Positions 1-9,049 of a stretch of DNA of 51,376 nt are shown in pieces. The translations under genes were made by a program, and so were the position numbers. The notes below the pieces were generated by a model that made no database searches, had not been told where the DNA came from, and saw nothing but the letters and a program-made list of their open reading frames with translations. This stretch comes from Nitrospirota bacterium (GTDB taxonomy: Bacteria > Nitrospirota > Thermodesulfovibrionia > Thermodesulfovibrionales > Dissulfurispiraceae): positions 1 to 51,376 of the forward strand of contig JBFLWF010000018.1 of the NCBI GenBank assembly GCA_040758355.1, in the 5' to 3' direction. Positions within the stretch are counted from its first letter, which is position 1, and each line of letters opens with the position of its first letter.

Positions 1-125
1 GGACTTGAAGCCGCGTTGTTTGAGGTTATTATGTGCTGTAGTTGCGGTTTGCATTGCCTTGTTGTCTGATTTGCCCAGTTTGTTAACTCCTTGTCAAAAA
101 CTATTCGCTGTTATTGAACAGCCTT

Positions 126-2555
126 TTATATGTTTTTCCTTCTCAGCCTCAAAGAATTACTCACAACAGATACAGAACTAAATGCCATTGCTGCCGAAGC
201 AATCATGGGGTTTAGCAGCGGACCTCCAAATGGATAAAGGAAACCTGCTGCAACCGGAATCCCAACTACATTATAAAAAAATGCCCAGAATAAATTCTGC
301 TTAATTGTTTTGATGGTAAGTTTGCTCAACCTGATGGCATCGACAACGCTTTTTAAATTACCTTTAATTAAAGTTACATCCGATGCCTCGATGGCTATGT
401 CTGTGCCCGTGCCTATGGCAATCCCCACATCTGCCTCTGCAAGGGCCGGTGCATCATTAATACCGTCACCCACCATTGCCGTTATCTTGCCTTCTGATTT
501 TATCTTTCTTACAGCCTCCACCTTCTGGTCTGGCAGAACCTCGGCAAAGAACCTGTTGATCCCAACCTCCTGTGCAATTGCCCGTGCAGTATTCTGGTGG
601 TCACCCGTAAGCATCACGACCTCTATGCCCATGGATTTAAGCGATTCTATTGCCTCCACAGAGCCTTCCTTTATTGTATCGGCGATGGAGAAGACCGCTT
701 TAATCTCGTTGTTTACAGCCATAAAGACAGGGGTTCTGGCCTCAAATGATATTTTATCAGACAATGTCTTTACAGTCGAGACATTTATACCTTCCCTCTG
801 CATCATGCCTTCGTTGCCGATGAAAACTTCGATATACTCTGACTGCTGACTTATTCTTGCCTTTATACCACCTCCGGGTATCGCGGAGAATTCAGACGGC
901 CCTGTGATACGCACATTATTTTCCTTTGCCTTCTTCACTATTGCCTGACCAAGTGGATGTTCTGACAGCTTTTCAGCGGATGCGGCAATCTGGAGGATGG
1001 CATCAGGCGATGTGCCATTAACACCTATAACTTCAACCACCTCTGGCTCGCCTTTAGTTATTGTTCCTGTTTTGTCCAATACCACGGCCTCGATCTTATG
1101 AGATAATTCCAGAGCCTCTGCATCCCTTATAAGTATCCCCTTCTCTGCCCCCTTGCCTGTACCGACCATTATTGCCGTGGGTGTTGCGAGACCCAATGCA
1201 CAGGGGCAAGCTATGATCAGAACTGCTATGAAATTCATCAATGCAAGGGTAAATGACGGCTTGGGGCCAAAGACGAACCATGCAAAGAAAGTAACGATTG
1301 CAATCCCTATTACAGTCGGAACGAATATGGAGGCGACCTTATCGGCAAGCCTCTGAATGGGCGCCTTGCTTCCCTGCGCCTCCTCCACAAGCCTTATTAT
1401 CTGTGCAAGGGCTGTCTCTTTGCCAATCCTCAATGCCCTGAGCTTGAAGCTGCCTGCCTTATTTACAGTGCCGCCGAATATCTTATCGCCGGATGATTTT
1501 TCCACTGGCAGGCTTTCACCGGTAAGCATAGATTCATCCACTGTCGAATATCCTTCCACAACCTCACCATCAACAGGGATCCTCTCTCCGGGCCTGATAA
1601 TCACTATGTCTCCTACTGTCACCTCCTCTATAGGTATTTCCTTTTCAATACCATCCCTTAAAACAGTGGCTGTCTTTGCCTGAAGCCCCATGAGTTTTCT
1701 TATGGCCTCTGATGTCTTTCCCTTTGCACGTGCCTCAAGCATTCTGCCCAGAAGGATAAGGGTTATTATGGTTGCCGAGGTGTCGAAATATACATGTGGT
1801 GTTATACCGCCTTTAAAAAACAACTGCGGCATGAACATAGCAGCGAGACTATAAACATATGCAGATGTAGTTCCAACGCTTATAAGGGTATTCATATTTG
1901 TTGTGCGGTGTCTGAGGGCTGAAAATGCAGCCTTATGAAATCTCATACCGCTCCAGAACTGGACAGGCGTTGCGAGGAGGAATAGTAGATGCCAGTTTGA
2001 CAGTACAGGAATTGTGAGCATGCTTCCGATAATAATGGGTGCTGCAAGCACAGCACTGACAATGAATTGTCTTTTAAGTGATTGAAACTCTCTTTCCCTT
2101 TGCTCGCGCTCTCTATCAACAAACTCTTCTGTTATCTGTAGAGCAGTATAGCCTGCCTCTGCTACTGTCTTTTTGAAGTCTTCAAAACCAACTATTGTGG
2201 GGATATACTCGACAGTGGCTTTTTCTGCAGCGAGATTAACCGTGACATCGATGACTCCGTAAAGCTCCTTCAATGCCCTCTCTGCTGCTCCAACACATGC
2301 AGCGCAGGTCATCCCCTTTACGGCAAAGTCCATTTTAATGGTGGACACCCCATAGCCTTCGCCTTTAATGCTGTCAATCATGTTTTGCAAAGGGACTGGC
2401 TTTTCCGGATCAATAAATTCTACAGTTGCCCTCTCAGCAGGGAAATTAACTACAGCGCTTTTTATTCCATCCAGCTTCGGCAATGCCCTTTCGATGGCAG
2501 CAGCACATGCAGCGCATGTCATTCCCGTGACAGGTATGTCTATTTTATTCGGCAT
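126..2555 (-). CDS. copA: Cu(I)-translocating P1B-type ATPase
   Basis: Two GMTCAAC HMA domains, [30 protein letters not shown], and the YN...MAFSS Cu+ signature. Confidence 0.95.
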   Translation of the reverse strand: MPNKIDIPVTGMTCAACAAAIERALPKLDGIKSAVVNFPAERATVEFIDPEKPVPLQNMIDSIKGEGYGVSTIKMDFAVKGMTCAACVGAAERALKELYGVIDVTVNLAAEKATVEYIPTIVGFEDFKKTVAEAGYTALQITEEFVDREREQREREFQSLKRQFIVSAVLAAPIIIGSMLTIPVLSNWHLLFLLATPVQFWSGMRFHKAAFSALRHRTTNMNTLISVGTTSAYVYSLAAMFMPQLFFKGGITPHVYFDTSATIITLILLGRMLEARAKGKTSEAIRKLMGLQAKTATVLRDGIEKEIPIEEVTVGDIVIIRPGERIPVDGEVVEGYSTVDESMLTGESLPVEKSSGDKIFGGTVNKAGSFKLRALRIGKETALAQIIRLVEEAQGSKAPIQRLADKVASIFVPTVIGIAIVTFFAWFVFGPKPSFTLALMNFIAVLIIACPCALGLATPTAIMVGTGKGAEKGILIRDAEALELSHKIEAVVLDKTGTITKGEPEVVEVIGVNGTSPDAILQIAASAEKLSEHPLGQAIVKKAKENNVRITGPSEFSAIPGGGIKARISQQSEYIEVFIGNEGMMQREGINVSTVKTLSDKISFEARTPVFMAVNNEIKAVFSIADTIKEGSVEAIESLKSMGIEVVMLTGDHQNTARAIAQEVGINRFFAEVLPDQKVEAVRKIKSEGKITAMVGDGINDAPALAEADVGIAIGTGTDIAIEASDVTLIKGNLKSVVDAIRLSKLTIKTIKQNLFWAFFYNVVGIPVAAGFLYPFGGPLLNPMIASAAMAFSSVSVVSNSLRLRRKNI

Positions 2556-2594
2556 ATAATTAATTTTAAAACACTCATAAATTTAGAGCAAATT

Positions 2595-2697
2595 TAAATC
2601 CAAACTGAGCGATTCTAATCCAGGAATATAGGTCAGGTATGGCGAAAAGAGGCGTCTTTGAGCCGTGCCTGACATATAAAATCGTTCGACTTATTTA
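2595..2697. repeat. Palindromic MITE/REP-like element, family A, short copy
   Basis: Ends TAAATCCAAACTGAGCGATTCTA ... TAAAATCGTTCG; inner stem GTCAGGTATGGC-GAAAAG...CTTTGA-GCCGTGCCTGAC; similar to 7523-7741. Confidence 0.75.
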
Positions 2698-3270
2698 AAA
2701 TTTCACCCTCGGCGCTTCCTTTTCAGCAGCCGGGATTTCATAATATGCTGCCTCGCCAACACCTGCTATTGCAGAGAAGACCCTTCCGAATACAGTCCTT
2801 CTGTATGTATTTATTGTCTGTACAGCCTCGTTGTATCTCTTTCTCTCAACAGAAATCCTGTTCTCTGTTCCCTCGAGGCTGTCCTGCAGTTTCAAAAAGT
2901 TTTCATTGGCCTTTAACTGGGGATATGTCTCCCTTAATACAAGCAGTCTTGACAATACGCCCTCAAGTGCATTGGATGCCTGAATCTTGTCCTTTGTGGT
3001 CTTTGCCTGAAAATATTTAGTCCTCGCCTCTGCAATATTTTCGAAAATCTCCTTCTCGTGTTTTGCATACCCTTTTACAGTCTCTACCAGATTGGGAATC
3101 AAGTCGTATCTCCTCTTTAACTGGTTTTCAACCTGCGCCCACTGCGCCTTTACCTGTTCATCCATGCCAATGACCCTGTTGTACTGACCGATACCCCAGC
3201 CAACAAACACAATGCCGATTAATACAATAACGCCCACAACTGCTAATGTAATCTTTAATCCCTGACTCAT
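2695..3270 (-). CDS. lemA: LemA family protein
   Basis: N-terminal TM; WAQVENQLKRRYDLIPNLVETVKGYA and YPQLKANENF motifs. Confidence 0.95.
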   Translation of the reverse strand: MSQGLKITLAVVGVIVLIGIVFVGWGIGQYNRVIGMDEQVKAQWAQVENQLKRRYDLIPNLVETVKGYAKHEKEIFENIAEARTKYFQAKTTKDKIQASNALEGVLSRLLVLRETYPQLKANENFLKLQDSLEGTENRISVERKRYNEAVQTINTYRRTVFGRVFSAIAGVGEAAYYEIPAAEKEAPRVKF

Positions 3271-3301
3271 AAAAACCTCCGTTATTTTTATATTTTAAAT
3301 A

Positions 3302-4090
3302 TTACCATTCTCCTGACGCTCCGCCGCCTCCGAATCCTCCTCCGCCACCGCCTCCGAATCCTCCAAAACCGCCTCCACCAAAGCCTCCGCCTCCTGACCA
3401 TCCACTCCTCCTTCCTCCCATGGAAGAACTCAGCATGAGCAGAAGTAGAAGGCGGGGATGTTTTATAAATAGAAAAATAAATACTGCAAAAACAGCAAAG
3501 ATTATTATAGCATCAAAAAGCCCGATCCCCTTTACCCTTTTGCCTTTTACCTTTATTTCCGGCATTCCTGTTATCTCAACGCCTTCGCTGGCAGATATAA
3601 TTCGAACAGCCGCAAGTGTTGTATTAAATATACCAGTACTGTAGTCGCCCTTTTTGAAATATGGAACAAGGTGCTGCCTTCCTATAGAGCCTACAAGACT
3701 GTCGGGCAAAATGCCTTCAAGGCCATAACCTGTCTCAAAGCGGTATTTCCTGTCATGGAGGGCTACAGTTATAAGCAAGCCATTATCCTTCCCCTTCTGT
3801 CCGAGTTTCCATTTTTCTGCCATTCTCAGGGAAAATCCTGCAATATCTTCTCCATCGAGGCTTTGAATTGTAAGGACAACGACCTGTGCCGTGGTCTTTT
3901 GCTCAAGCTCTCTCAGGTATGAGTTTAGTTGTGCCTCCACATCATCCCTTATAATCCCTGCAAGGTCAACCACATAATTAGGCGGTGTGGAAGGAGGCTC
4001 AGGAATAGCGGCAAAAGAAACAGAAGATAAGAAGATGAGAAAATAAAAGGTTAAGAAAAAAAATAATAAAGACTTACGATTGGAGTTCAT
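3302..4090 (-). CDS. TPM domain (YgcG-like) membrane protein
   Basis: Signal peptide, VVDLAGII, WKLGQKGKDNGLL, ETGYGLEGILPD, TM helix and Gly-rich tail ending GGGASGEW. Confidence 0.92.
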   Translation of the reverse strand: MNSNRKSLLFFFLTFYFLIFLSSVSFAAIPEPPSTPPNYVVDLAGIIRDDVEAQLNSYLRELEQKTTAQVVVLTIQSLDGEDIAGFSLRMAEKWKLGQKGKDNGLLITVALHDRKYRFETGYGLEGILPDSLVGSIGRQHLVPYFKKGDYSTGIFNTTLAAVRIISASEGVEITGMPEIKVKGKRVKGIGLFDAIIIFAVFAVFIFLFIKHPRLLLLLMLSSSMGGRRSGWSGGGGFGGGGFGGFGGGGGGGFGGGGASGEW

Positions 4091-4823
4091 CTATAATCTT
4101 GCCTATGGTCTCTGTTGCCCTGTAATAGTGCTCAAAGGCGGTATCGAGTTCGTCTCTGGATAGGGTTATTTTCTTCCTTTTCAGCAGGAGCATCTTTTCG
4201 AAGACGGCTGTCTCGATCTTTGTCATATCCTGAAGGGCAGTAACAACATCGTGCTTCTGCACAGGAGGAGTTTTCCCGAGAAGATAAATTATCGCCCTGA
4301 AAAGGGGCATATATCCTGTAATGGATTGGGCGAGCCTTCCGGCGAGGAGGTTTTTATCTCCGAGGGAAGATATATAGCCCTGTCTGAGGCCGATGAGCTT
4401 TGTCTTTATCTCCCGCTCGCACTGAAGCCTTAAGTGGGAATTGCTGATTCCTATTCCTTCGAATATATCGTCTCCATAAACGGTTTTATGAATAAATTTT
4501 ATATCGAGGAACTCTATGGGAAAGACATCGAGGGAGCCCTGTATATATTCTGGCGTCATGATGAGAGGCGCGGCAATTCCCTTCTTGCTGTATTTTTTCC
4601 CCAGTGGCGCAATGAATTTAACAAAGCCCATGTCCATCTCATTTAGAACAATGACGGAATTTATATCAGAGGTCTTCTCATCAAAATCAGGCGTGATGGA
4701 GCTTCCGACGATGTGCATGGAATGTATATGCTCCGGCCCGTATCCCTTAAGTATCTCATCAATAAATGGGGATACCCTTTGCGAGACGATTGGATTTAAT
4801 TTTTCGATACATACAGTTTTCAT
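4074..4823 (-). CDS. Pol-beta-like nucleotidyltransferase-fold protein associated with LemA/TPM
   Basis: hGS...SDIN motif, DVFPIEF; start moved to MKTV at 4823 to avoid overlap with the MFS gene, and it follows TGgTATAAT. Confidence 0.65.
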   Translation of the reverse strand: MKTVCIEKLNPIVSQRVSPFIDEILKGYGPEHIHSMHIVGSSITPDFDEKTSDINSVIVLNEMDMGFVKFIAPLGKKYSKKGIAAPLIMTPEYIQGSLDVFPIEFLDIKFIHKTVYGDDIFEGIGISNSHLRLQCEREIKTKLIGLRQGYISSLGDKNLLAGRLAQSITGYMPLFRAIIYLLGKTPPVQKHDVVTALQDMTKIETAVFEKMLLLKRKKITLSRDELDTAFEHYYRATETIGKIIDELQS

Positions 4824-4840
4824 GGGATGATTATACCATA

Positions 4841-6370
4841 TCAATGCATTTCTGCCGATGGTGCGGTCTTTCCCCTTTTCATCAGCAGCAAGAGAGGAAG
4901 GATGCATATCAATATCAAACTCGTTAGATAAAAGGCGTCGTTGAATGACATCATTGACGCCTGCCTTATGAACTGTTCATAAATAACTGCAAGGCCGCCC
5001 TTTTGTGCAGTGACGCCTTCGAATCCTTTGTATTGCATCATCTGTGCGCTCTGATAAGAGGCAGCCTGATAGCTTGCATCGAAAGGCGTGAGATGCTCCA
5101 CAAGACGGAACTGGTGAAACTGGGCGCGCCTCGAAAGCATCGTAGTTACAAAGGCAACCCCGAAGCTCCCACCCAGATTCCTCAGTAGGTTGTATATTGC
5201 AGAGGCGTTTCCCATATCCTCTTTTTTAATTCCTGACATTGTAAGCGTTGTAAGCGGAATAAAGAAAAAACCCATTCCTATCCCGAGCACTATCCTCGGC
5301 CATATCACTGTATCGAAATCGGCATAAAGATTGAATCCCGACATGAGATATGTCGCATAGGAACAGGTAATGAGCCCGAAGGCCAGCAATCCCTTGGGAT
5401 TAACCGCAGTAACAAGCCTGCCTGCTATCGGAAGGCATATCAATGTTGCAATGCCGCCAGGCCCCAGAACCAATCCTGCAAGTGTCGCCGTATATCCCAT
5501 CAAGGTCTGCAGATAAATTGGAAGGAGGACTATGCTCGCAAAGAGATTGAAGAACCCGAAAAACATTATTACATTTCCGGCGCTGAAGGAGACATTCTTA
5601 AATGCCTTGAGATTCAATATCGGATGCTCTGCAAACATCTCCACAATCAGGAACAATATCAGCGAAACAGCAGAGATGGCGCTCAAGGTCACAATGAAGT
5701 CCGAATCGAACCAGTTCTCCCTTTCTCCTTTATCGAGGACTATCTGGAGGCATCCGAGGCCTATGACGAGCAGTGCAAGCCCCCAATAGTCTATCTTCAT
5801 CTTCATCCTCTTCATATAAGGAGGGTCTGTTATAAAGAACATGGTCATGAGTATAGAGATTATGCCTATGGGGACATTTATATAGAATATCCAGTGCCAT
5901 GACCAGTTGTCCGTTATCCAGCCTCCCAAAAGCGGGCCTATTATAGGGCCGAACATTATTCCAATGCCGAATATGGCCATAGCCATTCCATGCTGCCGCG
6001 GAGGAAATGTCTCAAGCAGTATCGATTGCGAAATAGGCTGAAGCGCCCCGCCGCCGATCCCTTGAAGCACCCTGAAAAAAACAAGGCTCTGGAGGTTCCA
6101 TGCAGAGCCGCATAAAAAGGAGCTTACCGTAAAAAGTATTATGGAAAAAACAAGATACCGTTTTCTGCCGAACATCCTGCTCAGCCAGCCTGTCATCGGG
6201 ATTATGATAGCATTGGATACAAGGTACGATGTTATCGTCCACGTGGATTCATCTATTCCTGCAGAGAGGCTTCCCCTGATATGGTCGAGGGCAACATTGA
6301 CAACAGAAGTGTCCACTATCTCGATGAGCGTGGGGAGCATCACCGTTAATGCGATAATCCATTTATTCAT
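4841..6370 (-). CDS. DHA2/EmrB-family MFS efflux permease
   Basis: About 14 hydrophobic segments; DTSVVNVAL, WTITSYL, RVLQGIGGG, GPIIGPLLGGWI. Confidence 0.93.
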   Translation of the reverse strand: MNKWIIALTVMLPTLIEIVDTSVVNVALDHIRGSLSAGIDESTWTITSYLVSNAIIIPMTGWLSRMFGRKRYLVFSIILFTVSSFLCGSAWNLQSLVFFRVLQGIGGGALQPISQSILLETFPPRQHGMAMAIFGIGIMFGPIIGPLLGGWITDNWSWHWIFYINVPIGIISILMTMFFITDPPYMKRMKMKIDYWGLALLVIGLGCLQIVLDKGERENWFDSDFIVTLSAISAVSLILFLIVEMFAEHPILNLKAFKNVSFSAGNVIMFFGFFNLFASIVLLPIYLQTLMGYTATLAGLVLGPGGIATLICLPIAGRLVTAVNPKGLLAFGLITCSYATYLMSGFNLYADFDTVIWPRIVLGIGMGFFFIPLTTLTMSGIKKEDMGNASAIYNLLRNLGGSFGVAFVTTMLSRRAQFHQFRLVEHLTPFDASYQAASYQSAQMMQYKGFEGVTAQKGGLAVIYEQFIRQASMMSFNDAFYLTSLILICILPLLLLMKRGKTAPSAEMH

Positions 6371-6413
6371 AGTTCAATTATCCATAAATGCAATCATAAT
6401 GTTCGTAGAACGG

Positions 6414-7502
6414 CTACTCAACAATCACTGTCGGCGCTACCGACATTCCGATTCTCAATATATGTTCTCTATCCGTATCTTTATCGAGAATGATCTTCAC
6501 CGGTATCCTCTGCACAACCTTCACAAACTGGCCTGTGGCATTTTCAGGAGGAAAAAGCGAAAACACCGCACCCGTACCTGCCATTATGCTTTCGACTTTT
6601 CCTTTAAAGACCTTTCCTGGATATGTATCCACCTTTATCTTTACCTTCTGCCCGGGCTTTATCTTTTCAAGCTGCGTCTCTTTGTAATTCGCCACAACAT
6701 AGACATCGCCAAGCGGAACCACAGCCATCAAAGGCTGCCCTGCCTGTATCTGGTTGCCTGTCTCTACGGATTTTTTTGTGACATAGCCTTCTGCAGGCGC
6801 ATAAACCTTTGTATATCCGTAATTGAGTTTTGCCGTATCCAATACAGCCTCTCTCTGGCTTATGGAAGAAATTAAGATTGCCTTTTCTGCCTCAGCCTGC
6901 TTTACAACTGCTTTTTGCGTCTCCACAGCAATCTCTGCCTGCCTCAACTGTTCCTTTGCAGCCTTCAGTTGTGCAGCCGCCACATCATGGGCTGTCTTTG
7001 TCTTTTCATGCCTTTCCTTTGAGATGGCATCTCTATTGAAAAGATTCTCAGTCCTCTTTATGTCCCTTTCTGCCTGTTTGAGATTTGCATCCTGAAGCTG
7101 AAAATTCGCCTTTGCCGCCTCAACAGATGCATTCATCTCGGCCAGTCTCCTTTCTGACGCCTCGATTCCGGCATCGGCTTCCAGAAGTTTTTTCTTTTCT
7201 GCATCGAGACCTGCAGAGGCTTCCTTTACCCTTACATCATAATCTGCAGGGTCTATTTCAAGGAGCAGGTCTCCTTTCTTCACAGGCTGATTATCCTTTA
7301 CATAAATCGCTTTCACCGTTCCCGAAATTTTTGATGCAATAGTATGAATACTGCCCTCGACAAAGGCATCATCAGTAGTAATGTGCATGGCCTTATACTG
7401 CAGATAGAAAAACAGGGCAACAGACCCTATCAGGGCAGCCGCAATAAAGATTGTGATTACTGTCTTCTTTCTCTTCTCATAAACCGTCTTTACCTCATCC
7501 AT
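6414..7502 (-). CDS. EmrA/HlyD family periplasmic adaptor
   Basis: TTDDAFVEG, coiled hairpin, FSLFPPENATGQFVKVVQRIPV. Confidence 0.93.
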   Translation of the reverse strand: MDEVKTVYEKRKKTVITIFIAAALIGSVALFFYLQYKAMHITTDDAFVEGSIHTIASKISGTVKAIYVKDNQPVKKGDLLLEIDPADYDVRVKEASAGLDAEKKKLLEADAGIEASERRLAEMNASVEAAKANFQLQDANLKQAERDIKRTENLFNRDAISKERHEKTKTAHDVAAAQLKAAKEQLRQAEIAVETQKAVVKQAEAEKAILISSISQREAVLDTAKLNYGYTKVYAPAEGYVTKKSVETGNQIQAGQPLMAVVPLGDVYVVANYKETQLEKIKPGQKVKIKVDTYPGKVFKGKVESIMAGTGAVFSLFPPENATGQFVKVVQRIPVKIILDKDTDREHILRIGMSVAPTVIVE

Positions 7503-7522
7503 AAAAACCTCCGGAATATATC

Positions 7523-7741
7523 ACTCCTAAAGTGAACAACTCTAATCCAAAAATATATGTCAGGTGCTGCGAAAAGACTTTAAACCACGCACTTGTAGAA
7601 ACATTTATCCTGTATCCGTCATCTACTACATTGGATACTTGTTGGATGATGCATTTATTATCTCTCATATACACTTGAATCAACACTTTTTAAAGTCTTT
7701 GAGCAGTGCCTGACATATATAAAATCGTTCAATTTGGGTCA
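7523..7741. repeat. Palindromic MITE/REP-like element, family A, long copy with about 100-nt insert
   Basis: TATATGTCAGGTGCTGC-GAAAAGACTTTAAA ... TTTAAAGTCTTTGA-GCAGTGCCTGACATATA; right end TAAAATCGTTCAATTTGGG. Confidence 0.75.
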
Positions 7742-9049
7742 CTTATATGCAGATGCCAGATCCCGGCCTACGGCATACATAAAACCAGCCTCAGCCCTTT
7801 TTAATTCATATACTGCCCGATAGTAATTCGTCTCCGAGGTTGTAAGGAGCGTAATCGCATCGAGCACATCGGTTGCAGTACCAATGCCTTCTTCGTATCT
7901 AACCTTATTAATCCTTAAACTTTCCTCAGCCTGCCCAACAGCATCCCTTGTCACCTTAATTTTTTCATCGGCATTCTTCATGTCCCGGTAATTTTTTTCC
8001 ACTTCGAGTTTTATGTCATCAACAAGCTTATTCCTCTGTTCTGAAAGCCTCTCTCTTTTATATCTGACTTTCGATACTTCGGCCTTTGTGCTTCCGCCAC
8101 TGAAGATATTGAGATTTGCGCCCATTATGAGAGACCAGTTATCCTCATGGAGCTGGTAGCGGTTTTCGGCATAGTTGTATCCGCCCTGCACAAAGAATTT
8201 AGGGAAGTAGTCGGATTTCTTTACAGTTTCTTCAAACCCTGTAGCCTTCAACTCCCGATCGATAATGCTTACCTCGATGCGCTGTTTTTCCGCAATTGCC
8301 CATGCATTCTCAATCGCCGTCGATTCACCGGCTGGATTAACCTGTACATCCTCAACAATGACCCCGGAATTTAAAGGCCTCGACAGTATATTGTTAATCT
8401 TCGATGCGTTAATTGCCCTCGCGTTCCTGAAAGTTAAAAGACGCTGCCTTGCATCTGAAAGCCTGACCCCTGCCTGAAGCAGGTCGTTTTTTGTGATAAC
8501 TCCTTCATTGAATAGATTGCGGGCAACATTCAGATGGGATTCGAGGCGCTCAACCTCTTTCTGAGCAACAGCTATCATCTTTTCTGATTCCAGCACATCG
8601 AAGTATGCGATGATAAAGTTTAGGGCAACAATATTCCTTATCAGGTCTATGTTGAGTTTTTTTGCATCGAGAATTGATTTCGACGCCTCATATCGTGATA
8701 TGTTTTCTCCGAATGAGAATATGCTCTGGTATGCATTGATGCCGTAAGACAGGTAGTCCCTTTCCGAAGTATAAACCTGCTGCGTACCCATGTGCGCTCC
8801 GGGCTGGCGGGACAGAAAGGTCTGGCTAATATTCGCATTAACATTCGGCAGGAGTTTCGATCGTGAAATGATTGTGTCCTCATACGATATATCCCTTTCA
8901 CTGAATGCTATTTTTACGAGCCTGTTGTTTTCTGTCGCAATCTTCAGTCCCTCAGAAAGGGTTATGATATTTTTATTGTCCTCTGCATGTAAAAGGTTAA
9001 AAGGAATAATTGCGAGTATAAGCACACAGGAGATGAAAACCGCACTCAT
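7739..9049 (-). CDS. TolC family outer membrane efflux protein
   Basis: Signal peptide, two OEP repeats (SKLLPNV..., SDYFPKF..., RYEEGIGTATDVLDA). Confidence 0.9.
   Translation of the reverse strand: MSAVFISCVLILAIIPFNLLHAEDNKNIITLSEGLKIATENNRLVKIAFSERDISYEDTIISRSKLLPNVNANISQTFLSRQPGAHMGTQQVYTSERDYLSYGINAYQSIFSFGENISRYEASKSILDAKKLNIDLIRNIVALNFIIAYFDVLESEKMIAVAQKEVERLESHLNVARNLFNEGVITKNDLLQAGVRLSDARQRLLTFRNARAINASKINNILSRPLNSGVIVEDVQVNPAGESTAIENAWAIAEKQRIEVSIIDRELKATGFEETVKKSDYFPKFFVQGGYNYAENRYQLHEDNWSLIMGANLNIFSGGSTKAEVSKVRYKRERLSEQRNKLVDDIKLEVEKNYRDMKNADEKIKVTRDAVGQAEESLRINKVRYEEGIGTATDVLDAITLLTTSETNYYRAVYELKRAEAGFMYAVGRDLASAYK

Noticed and set aside
1..54. Possible minus-strand gene start MQTATTAHNNLKQRGFKS at the window edge
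   Set aside because: Too short to evaluate and has no recognisable motif.
3302..3420. Repeated CCTCCG/CCGCC motifs
   Set aside because: These encode the normal Gly-rich tail of TPM proteins.
7495..7686. 63-aa ORF in the tolC-emrA gap
   Set aside because: It has a TTG start and no RBS, and runs through the palindromic element; there is no independent support.
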